Shown: piece by piece, positions 19,835 through 30,611 of the stretch
Position numbering within the stretch: the stretch's first letter is position 1
Layout: each line of letters opens with the position of its first letter
Assembly (NCBI GenBank): GCA_900128395.1
Contig: LT649279.1
Span: 1-46,739, forward strand
Origin: Stramenopiles sp. TOSAG23-2
Taxonomy: Eukaryota
DNA length: 46,739 nucleotides
Direction: 5' to 3'
Translations under genes and position numbers: made by a program
The notes under the pieces: model-generated
Seen by the model: only the letters and a program-made list of their open reading frames with translations
Databases searched by the model: none
What the model was told of the DNA's origin: nothing

Positions 19835-22162
19835 ATGTCGAAGGAGAAGCCAGAAGCTACATCATTTCAACAACATACGGCACATAATTTATGTGAAGGA
19901 TATTTATGGAAATCTCCACGAGGATTTTTTGGTGGAAAATGGCGTAAACGTTTCTTTTGTTTAAATAATGACTCGGCTACTATTGGTTATTTTGATGGTT
20001 TAAAACAAAAAGGTAATATAAAAGTACATCACCAATGCTATGCGATACATGATGATTCAAAACAATGCCCGGAAGAACCTGCGTACTTTGTATTTCGTGT
20101 AGATAATAGAAATGAGAAAATGTATTTAGCCTCAAAAACTGCTACTGAAAGAGAAGTATGGATTAACCATATCAATAGCGTTGCAAAACATTTGAAAGAT
20201 TTACAATATTCTAAAAATACAAATATAGGTAAAAATAGGCAGTCTGTAGCGGCAGTCACTGGTATTGTACAAGACGATGCGAGCAGTGGGGGGTACATCC
20301 CGAAAGTCCGACTAATATCAAAAGAAACTTTTTTTAATTCTGAGGAAAATATGCAATTGAAACCTCCACCTGCAATTAATAGTGAGCCAACACCTTTAAA
20401 TTATCCAAAGCCAAAAGGTATTGTATTTCCACCAACTGATGCAAAAGATAACAAAGGGGGAGATAAGAAACAATCTGGAACAGCGGGTGTTGGAGGGGGT
20501 AATGATAATAAAAATTTTCTTCCACCACCACCATCCATTAGAAACGATTCGTTTAAAATGGCACCGCCACCATTACCATCAGCACTTCCAAATGATAAAA
20601 ATGCAACACGAAGAACTTGGAAAGTCAAAGAGGAAGGTGATTATCGCGGATTTTACGTTTGGGGTGCAAATTCTGTTGGGCAACTTGGTTTTAATGAGAC
20701 GGAAATTCATTGTGCCATCGCACCGAAAAAAATTAAAATGATGATTGGTGCTCAACGTTCTGTAGAAATTGCATGTGCTGGTGATAAACATACATTTTGT
20801 TTAACTAAAAATAAGAAAATGTATTTAACTGGCAGCGGAAATGAAGGGCAACTGGGTTGTGGGAAAATGAAAGTTGTACAACGTTTTTCATTAACTCGTA
20901 CATTAAAAGGTATTCAAGTTATCCACATAGCATGTGGTGCATATCATACCGTGTGTCAAACTAAAGATGGAAATGTGTTAAGTTGGGGAACAGGATTATC
21001 AGGATGTTTAGGACTTGGGCCTGATATATTATTTACAGATGAACCGCTACAAGTACAAGAAGTTGGTGTCCAAAATCATGTTTTAATTAATCGTTTTACT
21101 TGCGGTCCAGACAAAACCATTTTCATAACACATGCTGGTATAGTCAAAGCATGTGGTCTTAATGGTAAATTTGGTGCGTTGGGTTTAGAAACTAGTCTGG
21201 AAAATGTCTATACACCAACACCAGTGTTGTCGCTTGGAAGCAATAATCGTAGAATTACTGATGCTGGATTAGGTGCAAACTTTTCTGCATATTTAAATGA
21301 AGATGGCCATGTCTATGTATGTGGACAAATCAATATGGAAAAACATTTTGAGAAAGATGATGATGATGATGATGATGTAGAGGAAGAAATGGATGATAAA
21401 AAAGAAGATCGGATCCCGCTCGAACCATTTACTGTCCCTACATTATTCAAAATTGAAAAATCTTATATTAAAGCAATTGCAGCTGGGCATGAACATCTAT
21501 TAGCATTAGTCAAAAATAAAGAAACTGGAAGAGGACCAATTTTGTACAGTATGGGCAATGGGCAAAATGGGAGATTAGGCCACGGAGACACAGAGGATGT
21601 AAATGATGGTTTCAAATTAGTAGAATCTTTAAAGGAAATTCCAGGGAAGCAAATTTCTTGTGGTGGGGCATTTAGTGCTGTACTTTCTAAAGGTGGGTCG
21701 TTATTTACATTTGGCGATGGCCATGGTGGTGAATTGGGCAACGGGGCATTATTAGATGTAAATATCCCATTGCGTATACATGAACCGGAAGAAGAAGCTG
21801 GTAAACCATGTCATTATAGTTTCATATCATGTGGGTCCGAACATATGATATCGATTGTATCATCTGGAGAGGCAACTGGTGCTGCTTCTCATTATGCCGA
21901 TATTACACATTTAAAAGATGATACAGTTAGTGATCAAATGAATTCTGTTGCAGATAAAAAGAAAGGTTTAGTAAAACATAATCAAGTATACTACAAAGAT
22001 TTTAAAGGAAAGATTTTCGGACCGATGCCAGGTGAGATTGTAAGACATTGGTATGACCACAATTTAGTTTCACCCCAATTGACGATTTCTCTTGGTGGAA
22101 GGGATCATGAAGGACGAGGTAAATCTTTTTCTTGGGTTACAATAAAAGATTACTTTAAATAA
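19835..22162 (+). CDS. PH domain + Pro-rich linker + RCC1 repeats + C-terminal GYF-like domain protein
   Basis: ATG at 19835. PH motifs EGYLWK...WRKRFF...EREVWI; RCC1 repeats VWGANSVGQLG, IACGAYHT, ISCGGAFS, FTFGDG..GELG; C-terminal YYKD..G.IFGP......WY. Confidence 0.85.
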   Translation: MSKEKPEATSFQQHTAHNLCEGYLWKSPRGFFGGKWRKRFFCLNNDSATIGYFDGLKQKGNIKVHHQCYAIHDDSKQCPEEPAYFVFRVDNRNEKMYLASKTATEREVWINHINSVAKHLKDLQYSKNTNIGKNRQSVAAVTGIVQDDASSGGYIPKVRLISKETFFNSEENMQLKPPPAINSEPTPLNYPKPKGIVFPPTDAKDNKGGDKKQSGTAGVGGGNDNKNFLPPPPSIRNDSFKMAPPPLPSALPNDKNATRRTWKVKEEGDYRGFYVWGANSVGQLGFNETEIHCAIAPKKIKMMIGAQRSVEIACAGDKHTFCLTKNKKMYLTGSGNEGQLGCGKMKVVQRFSLTRTLKGIQVIHIACGAYHTVCQTKDGNVLSWGTGLSGCLGLGPDILFTDEPLQVQEVGVQNHVLINRFTCGPDKTIFITHAGIVKACGLNGKFGALGLETSLENVYTPTPVLSLGSNNRRITDAGLGANFSAYLNEDGHVYVCGQINMEKHFEKDDDDDDDVEEEMDDKKEDRIPLEPFTVPTLFKIEKSYIKAIAAGHEHLLALVKNKETGRGPILYSMGNGQNGRLGHGDTEDVNDGFKLVESLKEIPGKQISCGGAFSAVLSKGGSLFTFGDGHGGELGNGALLDVNIPLRIHEPEEEAGKPCHYSFISCGSEHMISIVSSGEATGAASHYADITHLKDDTVSDQMNSVADKKKGLVKHNQVYYKDFKGKIFGPMPGEIVRHWYDHNLVSPQLTISLGGRDHEGRGKSFSWVTIKDYFK

Positions 22163-22296
22163 ATGGGAGGAGGTAGGAGAAGGCGAAGGAAGTAGAGAAG
22201 GAAAAAAGAGATTATGGGTCGTAAAATTTATATGTGTCTGTGTGCATATATATATATCATTATATATGTATATAATATATTTGATACGGGAGTTAT

Positions 22297-22465
22297 TGAC
22301 ACATTTTGTGAAATAGAGATATATATATTTACCTAATATATGAGTAAGAGAACATTTTATATATTTACCTTCATTGGTATTCTCTTTTATGGGATTATCA
22401 ACACACTAGTGTGAGATAGATTATTTCAGGTTATTGTATTCTTTTAAAGAGTAGGAATTATGATT
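22297..22465 (+). repeat. Dispersed repeat, copy 2 (two degenerate module A fragments)
   Basis: TGACACATTTTGTGA (22297) and GTGAGATAGA...TGTATTCTTTTAAAGAGTAGGAATT (22411-22460) match the reverse complement of 35147-35269 and 41678-41793. Confidence 0.7.
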
Positions 22466-22613
22466 GCTAATGCATCATATCATACCGAGTATATGTGTAT
22501 TAAACTTTCCCTTCTCGTGTTCACTTGCCCCATCTCCCATCACCCCATCATGTATTCTCTATTATTTCGAAATGCTTTGTAAAAATGGCTCTCCTGTATC
22601 TCTCTATCTATTT

Positions 22614-24218
22614 CTATCTATTTCTATGATAATAAAATGATTGAAAACGACGTGTATTTAATCGATGTATTTGCCATAGTTCAATTTGACAATTTTTTGC
22701 TTGAGGGCATGTGTCAATACCAGCAATTTTAAATTTATTCGCAGGTGGTGTTGCTGAAATATATTTTGAATATGTTGTGTTTTGCGAACCTGTCATTGCC
22801 TCACCATATGGGGTGAATTCTGTCTCTGAATATACTGGCATTGGAAATTTATCATGTACATCACTACTACCTTTTTTTGCATAAAATTCTACAGTTTGCA
22901 TTTTAACAAGTTTTCCTGTAATTGGTATCTTCTCATAATTATACCATTGGTAATGTTCCGTATTGATTCCATCAATTTTTGCTTTTCCCATATCTGTTGC
23001 ATTTGGATCAATTGCAAACCCATCGATACCTTCACCTGGTAATAATGGGCAAAATGATTCACATGTCTCTACACCATTTGTAATATTAATCAACATATCT
23101 TTGCTGATATTACCATAGAATGTTACCATGGTTTGGCCAGATATTTCATCTTCGTATCGTTCCCTTTGATTTGTCACATCATAGTAATGCATTCCTTTTT
23201 TTGCTGCACGAGTAACTAAACATTCGCCATTGATACTTTTTGTAGTCGGCAGACAACAAATATCCGTGCCAATTGCGGAACCGCCTTGATTAGAAAGCAT
23301 TTTACTATTTTCATATGCAAAGAAATCAGCTGAAAATTTTGGAAAAGAATTTAGTAGTTTTGATAGTGGCAATCGAATTTCTTTATTATCCATCATCATT
23401 GTTGTTGCTTTTTTTCTTCCAAATTTAGATTTCAACATGTTGGCACTACATCCAGAAGATAGCGGGCAATTTGCAAAAGATGCTGGATCAATATCAAATT
23501 GGTCGTCTAAATTTGATGCAGCTTCAAAATTAAGAAACGAGCTATTAAATGCTACGCCTACGCCTTTCAATACATTCATGCTGCTGAAGAATGGTGTGCC
23601 CTTATTATTCTTTGATTCTACATCTACGAAAAAATCAGTTGTCTGTATAGGTATCACTTTAAAAAGCATTTCCGACCATTGATAGTGGTTACATGTTTTA
23701 GTTTTTGCACCAGGACCTTCTTGTGAAACTTCTTCTTTTCCTAAGTATTTCACAGGAGAGCTCTGGTTGTCTATATTACCAATTTGTACCAAGCTTGTAA
23801 AATTCCCTTTTAATGGGCAATATTCATTGCAAACAAATTTATGACTTGAATTTTTTGTAGATCCTGGTGCTAATTCCATCTGTTTCATTACCTTCCCATA
23901 TAAACTTGCAAGAATGCAAGGGCCGTTACTACACATGGTATTCATACGAGATCTTTCTTTTGTGCCTTGTTCCTCTACTTTATCAAGTGAAAAAATTCCT
24001 TGTAACTGGCAGCCAGGTGTACCAGCTGCGCAACATGCTCCTCCACCTCCAATGCTTTTAACATCGCCCTGAGCAACTACTACGTCACTTTGAACGGAAG
24101 CTTTGAAATCTTTAATAAAAGTTGGTGGTGTAATTGATAATACTACAGTGTAAATTGTAAAAAGTAGTAGTAATAAAGATATTCTTACGAAATTGGATGT
24201 TGCTGATGATGCATTCAT
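22614..24218 (-). CDS. Secreted Cys-rich protein with two tandem ependymin (EPDR)-like domains
   Basis: Signal peptide. Internal duplication (P.F..DF.A / CC / C..(Y/F)CPL / HYQW / QT..F(F/Y) / F.I....CP....C). The second half has YYD..NQRER and DMG...IDG...EHYQW, which are ependymin-like. Confidence 0.55.
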   Translation of the reverse strand: MNASSATSNFVRISLLLLLFTIYTVVLSITPPTFIKDFKASVQSDVVVAQGDVKSIGGGGACCAAGTPGCQLQGIFSLDKVEEQGTKERSRMNTMCSNGPCILASLYGKVMKQMELAPGSTKNSSHKFVCNEYCPLKGNFTSLVQIGNIDNQSSPVKYLGKEEVSQEGPGAKTKTCNHYQWSEMLFKVIPIQTTDFFVDVESKNNKGTPFFSSMNVLKGVGVAFNSSFLNFEAASNLDDQFDIDPASFANCPLSSGCSANMLKSKFGRKKATTMMMDNKEIRLPLSKLLNSFPKFSADFFAYENSKMLSNQGGSAIGTDICCLPTTKSINGECLVTRAAKKGMHYYDVTNQRERYEDEISGQTMVTFYGNISKDMLINITNGVETCESFCPLLPGEGIDGFAIDPNATDMGKAKIDGINTEHYQWYNYEKIPITGKLVKMQTVEFYAKKGSSDVHDKFPMPVYSETEFTPYGEAMTGSQNTTYSKYISATPPANKFKIAGIDTCPQAKNCQIELWQIHRLNTRRFQSFYYHRNR

Positions 24219-24398
24219 TTGTTGTTTTAAATAAAAAAGATACTAATAAAATATATTTGAGCAATGTGAAAAGTTGTATGAATACAACATATCTTCATCC
24301 ATTGTAATTGGTGTAATACCATACCTAGATAAGAATATAGATATTAAGAAGATTTTGATGATACATTATTATTATATTATAAATACTAATACTGCTGG

Positions 24399-24428
24399 AA
24401 TTACCTGGTACGCACGTACCAGGTAATT
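24399..24428. promoter_or_regulatory. Perfect 14-bp inverted repeat upstream of the ependymin-like gene
   Basis: AATTACCTGGTACG-CA-CGTACCAGGTAATT. The regulatory role is inferred from position only. Confidence 0.5.
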
Positions 24429-24764
24429 TGCTCGACTATACTACTTGTATAATACCAGGTACATTTTAACATGTGTGTAGTATTAATATAATAATATAAT
24501 AATGATTTTTTACAAAGTATTGTGCTATTACCAGATTAGTATTAGATATAATTATAATATTAATATTAGATGATTTTTGTTGATGAGTTAGACTCGTTAG
24601 AGTGATGAGTTTTTACTGTACAAAAAGTATGGACCGACACTGGCACACCAGGCACACTGATTTTCAGAATTTTTTCCTTGTGTGTACCATCAGGCGGTGT
24701 TATAGTTATGCCAGTATGAGGTACAGATGTAAACCTGAAAAGTATTCATCATCAAGCCATTTCA

Positions 24765-25529
24765 TCAAGCCAAACCAGCTATTTTCTCCCATCCTTCAAA
24801 AGTTGACATATTCAAAGGCACTTGTACTGCATTATTACATACGATTACCCCCGTTGGCCCAAATACAATCAAACGTGGAATTCCACTGACTTGAAAGTAA
24901 CTAGAGACTTGATTTCGCGAAGGTGCTTCATAAGGCAATGCTAGCCATGTATGATGTTGTTGAAAATAAGTAATAAATGATGATGCATCACGGTCAGCAG
25001 ATACAAACATGATTTCAAATTGCTTTTTTGCTTTCTTAACTTCTTTGTAAAATGCATTCAACATTGGAGTAAATTTTCTACATGGTGGGCACCAGCTTGC
25101 AGAGAAATATAACGCAAACAATCCATTTCCTACTGTGTCTATACTAACCATCTTCCCTTTCGTCGTTAATAATTGCTTTCCCAGCATGTTACTGACAATG
25201 GGATTCACTCCGTCCATTGTTTTATATGGTTTGGATTGATTTGACCATTTTGATTCTTTATTTAAACCACGAAAACGAAACATATAATTTGTTGATGCTT
25301 TTAAGTTATTTTTTTTCATTATATTACCACTCAATTTATTTGACAGGGTCAACCATTCCTTATCTTTGTCACTTTTAATTTGGATTTCATATGTTGTAGA
25401 ATTTTTTATTTCTTCCCATTGGACAGTTAGTGACGTGGATGTTGCTGTTACTAATGTAGGTGATGCAGGGGTTATCTCCGTTTGTTCCATTGGGGTTGTA
25501 TTCTTTTCATTTTCTGATATTGCAGACAT
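24765..25529 (-). CDS. Fibronectin type III + nucleoredoxin/tryparedoxin-like thioredoxin
   Basis: FN3 motifs TSTSLTVQW...YEIQ...NLKASTNYMFRFRG.N...WS; thioredoxin motifs LYFSASWCPPCRKFTP, FEIMFVSAD, WLALPY and GIPRLIV. Confidence 0.9.
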   Translation of the reverse strand: MSAISENEKNTTPMEQTEITPASPTLVTATSTSLTVQWEEIKNSTTYEIQIKSDKDKEWLTLSNKLSGNIMKKNNLKASTNYMFRFRGLNKESKWSNQSKPYKTMDGVNPIVSNMLGKQLLTTKGKMVSIDTVGNGLFALYFSASWCPPCRKFTPMLNAFYKEVKKAKKQFEIMFVSADRDASSFITYFQQHHTWLALPYEAPSRNQVSSYFQVSGIPRLIVFGPTGVIVCNNAVQVPLNMSTFEGWEKIAGLA

Positions 25530-26259
25530 GTTTTATTCTATGTTTTTCATATATCATGTATTATATTATATTGTATTTCTATACACCGTGTTCTGTCTAT
25601 CTTTGTACCTATTTACAGTTAGCAGTTTTAATTTAGAACATACAATTTTCTAACAGTAGTGCAATATCTGTGTATACGGCCATCATATATGTCAGATTAA
25701 TAAATATCCAGCCACCATATTATATTTTTATATTTTGTACTTCTTTTTTTTTTTTGTATTTATGCCATATATTGGTTGCATTGCTATTCTTCTAAAAAAA
25801 AATAGTGCAATAATAATAAATAGAAGGCCAATTTCAATTTCAATGTACTACAATAATTTAATAATATACTATACTATTATTGAAATTATGGGCCTATCAT
25901 ATTAATATTAATTTTCTAGCCGGTATTCCGGTATTATTATTATATAGCATGGGAATAGTATTATATTATGATATAAATATTGATTTTTACAATGTGTTAT
26001 GTGGATAATTTCAAATATTTTAATTTGAAATTTGGCAGGCCACAGCAGGTTCCCAGGCTGTTACATTGTATTGTACTATATCATCTTAACTGTATATATA
26101 ATAATATTATTATTAATATATATTTATATATACAGAAAGAGTGACATCGTAGATATTCAAAAAGATAAGAATAATATATAACTTTCACTATTACCATCAA
26201 AAGATATAAAGAAAACAAAAAGGAGAAAATAAAATAAAAAACGATATAATTTAAAACAG

Positions 26260-27886
26260 ATGGAAGTAGATAGTAGGACAGTCCCGATATTTACCTCAAG
26301 GGAGCAATTAGAAGCATATGTTACACGTGGTGTATATCCAGTTAGGACGAATCAAGAAGAAAATGTACCGAGTACTTACAATATGCATCGTGAAAAATAT
26401 AACCGTGCAATACGTAAAAATGTTATCGATGTTTCCACGTATAATAGCAATAAACGAAAAGCAGAGAAAGAGAGGGAAAAGAAGATTATCTATAGTATAC
26501 ATAGAGGTAGATATGAAACAGCAAATATGACTTCAGCCATGACTACGGAGAAAAATGCTAATACAAATAGTAAAATACCTTTAAGTCAAGGAGAAATAGA
26601 AACTATTCATAAGCAAGAAAATGCTAAAAGGCGTGCTTTAAGAATTAAACAAGTAAGAGATCACGAAAAATTATATGCCGCACGACTAGTACGTTTGAGA
26701 CAACAGCAAGTTGCGACGAAACATGCTAAGGTTATAGCAAAAAAGCGACAAGCATGGGAAGAGGAACGTGAACGTGATTTAAACGATTTACAAGGTCGTT
26801 ATAAAATTCAAGTAGCCAGTATTGGCTCTGCACAAAAACAAGCATCAAGACTTGTAGGAATACAAGCAGATGAAGCTAGAAAAAATTTGAGAGTCTGGGA
26901 ATTATCGAATTCTGTCAATGACAAACGACATTCCAAAGCCGTTGTTACAGAAAAAAATGCAGATAGTGATCATAAAAGAAAAATACAAGAAGCAAATCAA
27001 CGGACGGAAACGAGATACAATGAGCAACAAGTGCAACGTTTCAAGGCACATCAATACAAAGCAGCTATTGATGAGGCAAAAAGTAGGCGCGTAGAATCTC
27101 ACACCGTGGAAGTAGATTATAGCAATACAGACGTTGTGCGTGAAATTATTGCACCAGTGCAAACGCAAGGATCAGGCATTGTTGACTTCTCAAAAACCCA
27201 TTTTCACCATGCAGTTACACGTCATCGTGCTGCACAAGGACCACAAAGATCCACTGAAAAAGTTGAAGATGAAATTCAAAAAGGTGCAAATGAAAATCGA
27301 TCGGAGCTTCAAGTTGGTATTAGTCGTGGTCCTATGATCAGTGGTGTAGATGGTGCAATCAATGCGCGTAAAGCACAAATTGAACGACAAGCAAAACAAG
27401 AGGCAGATGCTGCATTAGCAAGAGAAAGGGCACGGCAACGTGCACGAGTTGCTGCTGAGAAAATTAGAATGGAGGAAGAATATCGAACTATATCAGATCA
27501 ATTGAAAGTATTAGATATGTCTAATCGTGCTGCGAGATTAAAAGCATTTCAACTTACACAACGTAATCGGGCTGGAAATACGGTTGGTACGAAGCCAATT
27601 GGGGCAAAGGATATTGATGCTGCTGCTGAAGATTCATTCGAACGTGAATTCATTGATGGAAAGGCATCTTTTGAATTGGATGATAGTAATGCTGAATTTA
27701 ACAACTCGGGAGATATGAAATATGCAATTAAAGAAGCTGTAGAAACGAAGCCAGAAACAAATATTCGTACGGTAGACGACAAGAAGAAAACGCAAGTTAA
27801 AACTGTCATACCTACAGTTGAGAAAGATAGTAGCGCAACAATACGTAGTAATGGTAGTGGGGCAGTACTGGATAATAATATAGACA

Positions 27887-27923
<37 letters not shown>

Positions 27924-29394
27924 ATTTAGTAGCAGCAGTGTTCAAACTGCAAGTAATGTAGATGGAAGAGTAGTGAAAAAAATTCATATTAGCCGTACTG
28001 GTTCTGTCGAAGTATCTGTAGAGCGTCCACCTAATAATGAATCTCCAACGCGAACTATGATGCAAATTTCGCAAGGGTTATCACAATTAGCTGGTGAGCT
28101 AAATGATGCAAGTGTAAAAACAAGTCCTGCAAAAACAAATCCAGATGATTTTTATCAATCGTATTTACAAAAATATACAAAGGATACAGCAACAACTAGT
28201 GATAAAATATCCCAAGCAAGGCAACAGATGAGGCGTGATCGCGCTTTAGCTGCTAAAAATAAAAAACAAATGGCAGACGATGATAATGATAATAATAATG
28301 ATGACATATTTATGTTTAAAGTAGGGAGTAAAGGTCAAGTAATAGATGCAGAGCGTGAAACCACTATGACTACTACTACCACTACTACTACTACCACTAC
28401 TACTACAGTAGACATCGAAGAAGAAGAAGGAGATGATGAGGAAAGCATGGCACGTAGAGCAGCAGCAGCAGCAGTAGTTGCGACACATCATAAAATAACC
28501 ATGGAGGAAGAAGAGGATGAATATGTAAATACTGGTGGCAATGACTTCTCAACTGATAGTTTAGGATTAATGCCAGGTGATTTGGATCTTGAAGAAGATC
28601 CTGTGAAATTATTGAAAGAAGCTGAATTAGCATTAGCAGAAGCTGAAAATGTGACATCCGGTGGTGGTAGTGGTGGTGATAATGTGACATTAGGAGATGG
28701 TGTACAAGCAATGTTAGATCAAGATGATCAAAATTTCAAATCTGCATTGGATGAAGCAAACGATGTATTGCGAGAATTAGATGAAATGACAAAAGTTGAA
28801 ATTACACGAGAATTAAATGTTGTTGAGGATACAAATGCAACTGCTACAGTTACTGTTCCTCGTGCACAAAATCTTAATCAACGTATGAGTAATAGTCAAA
28901 ATAATGAGGATGGCGATACTGGGAAATGGAAAACGAAAGAAGAGGAAATTGCAGAGGTAGCAGAGGCAGAAAGAATTAGAAAAGCTAAAAAGGGAATGGT
29001 ATGGGAAGTGAAAGTAGGTGATGGTAGTGGTGCAAAGGCATCAACAAAAGCAACTAGTTTAAATGCTCGCTTAAAGAAAGGTGAAAAACCTAAAATTGCA
29101 ATCGAGGAAGCACGGAAACGAAGTAAAAAAAATAGTTCAAAAGCAAATAAAAGAGCTAAAATGAAAAGTGCACAAGCAATTGCGCGTGAAAAGGAAAAGA
29201 AACGAAGAGCTGTGTTAGAAAGACGCCAAAAAGCGAAAGAGGCGGACAAAGCAAGAAGAGCTTTATTAGGCAAGAAACAAGTAAAAATTCCTACGGCGTC
29301 GATGACAAATGATGATGATGACAGTAGTAGTACTGCAACAGCAACAAAGAAAACAACTAGTAAAAAGAAAACCCAACAAAAGAAGAAGAAGTAA
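26260..29394 (+). CDS. Coiled-coil/low-complexity protein with CEP295 (Ana1/DDC8)-like N-terminal domain
   Basis: KRRALRIKQVRDHEK...WEEER...LQ.RY......IGSAQKQA resembles the RRxLRLxQVRxQE...W...GxxHxxA region of CEP295. It is followed by DFSKTHFH and N/T/E/K tracts. Confidence 0.55.
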
Positions 29395-29510
29395 AAAACA
29401 AAATATATATATTAATAATTCTCTTATTTATAATTTAAAAAACAATTATTAAAATATTGTATCATATTATAGTATTTAAAAATATGCATGTAATTATTTT
29501 ATACGAATTA

Positions 29511-29766
29511 TTGTCTCAGTTATTGTATTCTTTCTGGAGAGTGTATGTATGAGGAATTATCATGTGAGTAAATTAAAAAATAAGCTATATCATTAATATA
29601 TGTGATGCATTAATTAAAATTATATACGTACTTCGTAATATATCTATACGTATATATATTACGCGTACATTTACTTTATATTTTAGTAAAACGATTGACT
29701 ATTGAGCATATTACTTAACACGAGAAAGTTTAAAATTATTTATAACACTTACGTAGATTTTAACCA
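29511..29766 (+). repeat. Dispersed repeat, copy 3 (module A ~29511-29672, module B ~29693-29766)
   Basis: CTCAGT...TGTATTCTTT..GAGAGT...AGGAATTATCATG...ACGCGTACATTT, then GATTGACTATTGAGCATATTACTTAACACGAGAA...GATTTTAACCA. Confidence 0.85.
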
Positions 29767-30066
29767 TATCATTTTTTTAGTATTTTTTATTTAAATAAAT
29801 AATTTATTAAATATCATATCAAAATATATCATACTGATACGAATAATAAATTAGAAAATATTTATATAAACACTATGGATAAATCTGTCATATCTCATTA
29901 TCATATGATATATCTAGTATATATACTTCGTATATACGAACTTCGTATATGAGTATATTTTGGTGGGATAATTCATATATATATTTTATTATGTTGTTGT
30001 ATCAATACGCATATGATATGATATGATATGTGTCAAAAAAAATTTCCGTTGTGAGCTATCATACAT

Positions 30067-30611
30067 TTATTTCTTATTATTTTTTGAAAACCAACGCGTA
30101 GCTTTTACACCTTGACTTTCTTGAATTTGCACTAATTCACCATCATCATTAATGTAACGAATATCAATCAATTCCCTACCTTTCCCTGATGAAACGAGCT
30201 TAATCCCTTTGGTGCCTTCAATGTCTATTATATATATATATATGATGAATATCTTGTTAGAAATAAGTTTTGTAGGACAGTTTTATGAAATAAATATAAC
30301 TTACCTATCCATTGTATATTAACATCAACGAGTCCTTCAACTCTTGCATCTTCCAGTTGCTTTGTCACACCAACTTCAAATTCGTTGGTACGTTCACCGG
30401 ATAATCCATTTGTAAGAACAGTGAAATTATCACCATCTTGATCAATGGATATTGTTGTTTTTCCAACGCCATAACCTGTGGCCCAGGCAGCATTTTTAGC
30501 CACCCAACCTTTTACTCCGCTTGTATTAATTTCCAATAATTTATCCATATCCTCCTGACGACAACATAACCATTGACCAGTGAAGTCTGGAACGTCATTT
30601 TTTGAACTCAT
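30067..30611 (-). CDS. Fatty-acid-binding protein (iLBP/calycin)-like; spliced join(30611..30305,30224..30067), 154 aa
   Basis: N-terminal DFTGQW...QEDMDKLL, ISIDQDGDNFTV and NEFEVG. Spliced exon 2 gives DIRYINDDGELVQIQESQGVKATRWFSK, the typical FABP last-strand pattern. Confidence 0.75.
30225..30304 (-). other. Spliceosomal GT-AG intron, 80 nt
   Basis: Donor GTAAGT at 30304, branch TTCTAAC (~30262-30256) and acceptor TAG ending at 30225. Splicing restores the FABP C-terminus. Confidence 0.88.

Noticed and set aside
24400-24410. TTACCTGG as a U1 snRNA 5' end
   Set aside because: It lacks ATAC upstream and the U1 stem-loops and Sm site. It is part of a palindrome and of a recurrent spacer motif.
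27889-28410. (AAT)n and (ACT)n microsatellites in coding regions
   Set aside because: These are ordinary poly-Asn and poly-Thr tracts typical of AT-rich protist genes.
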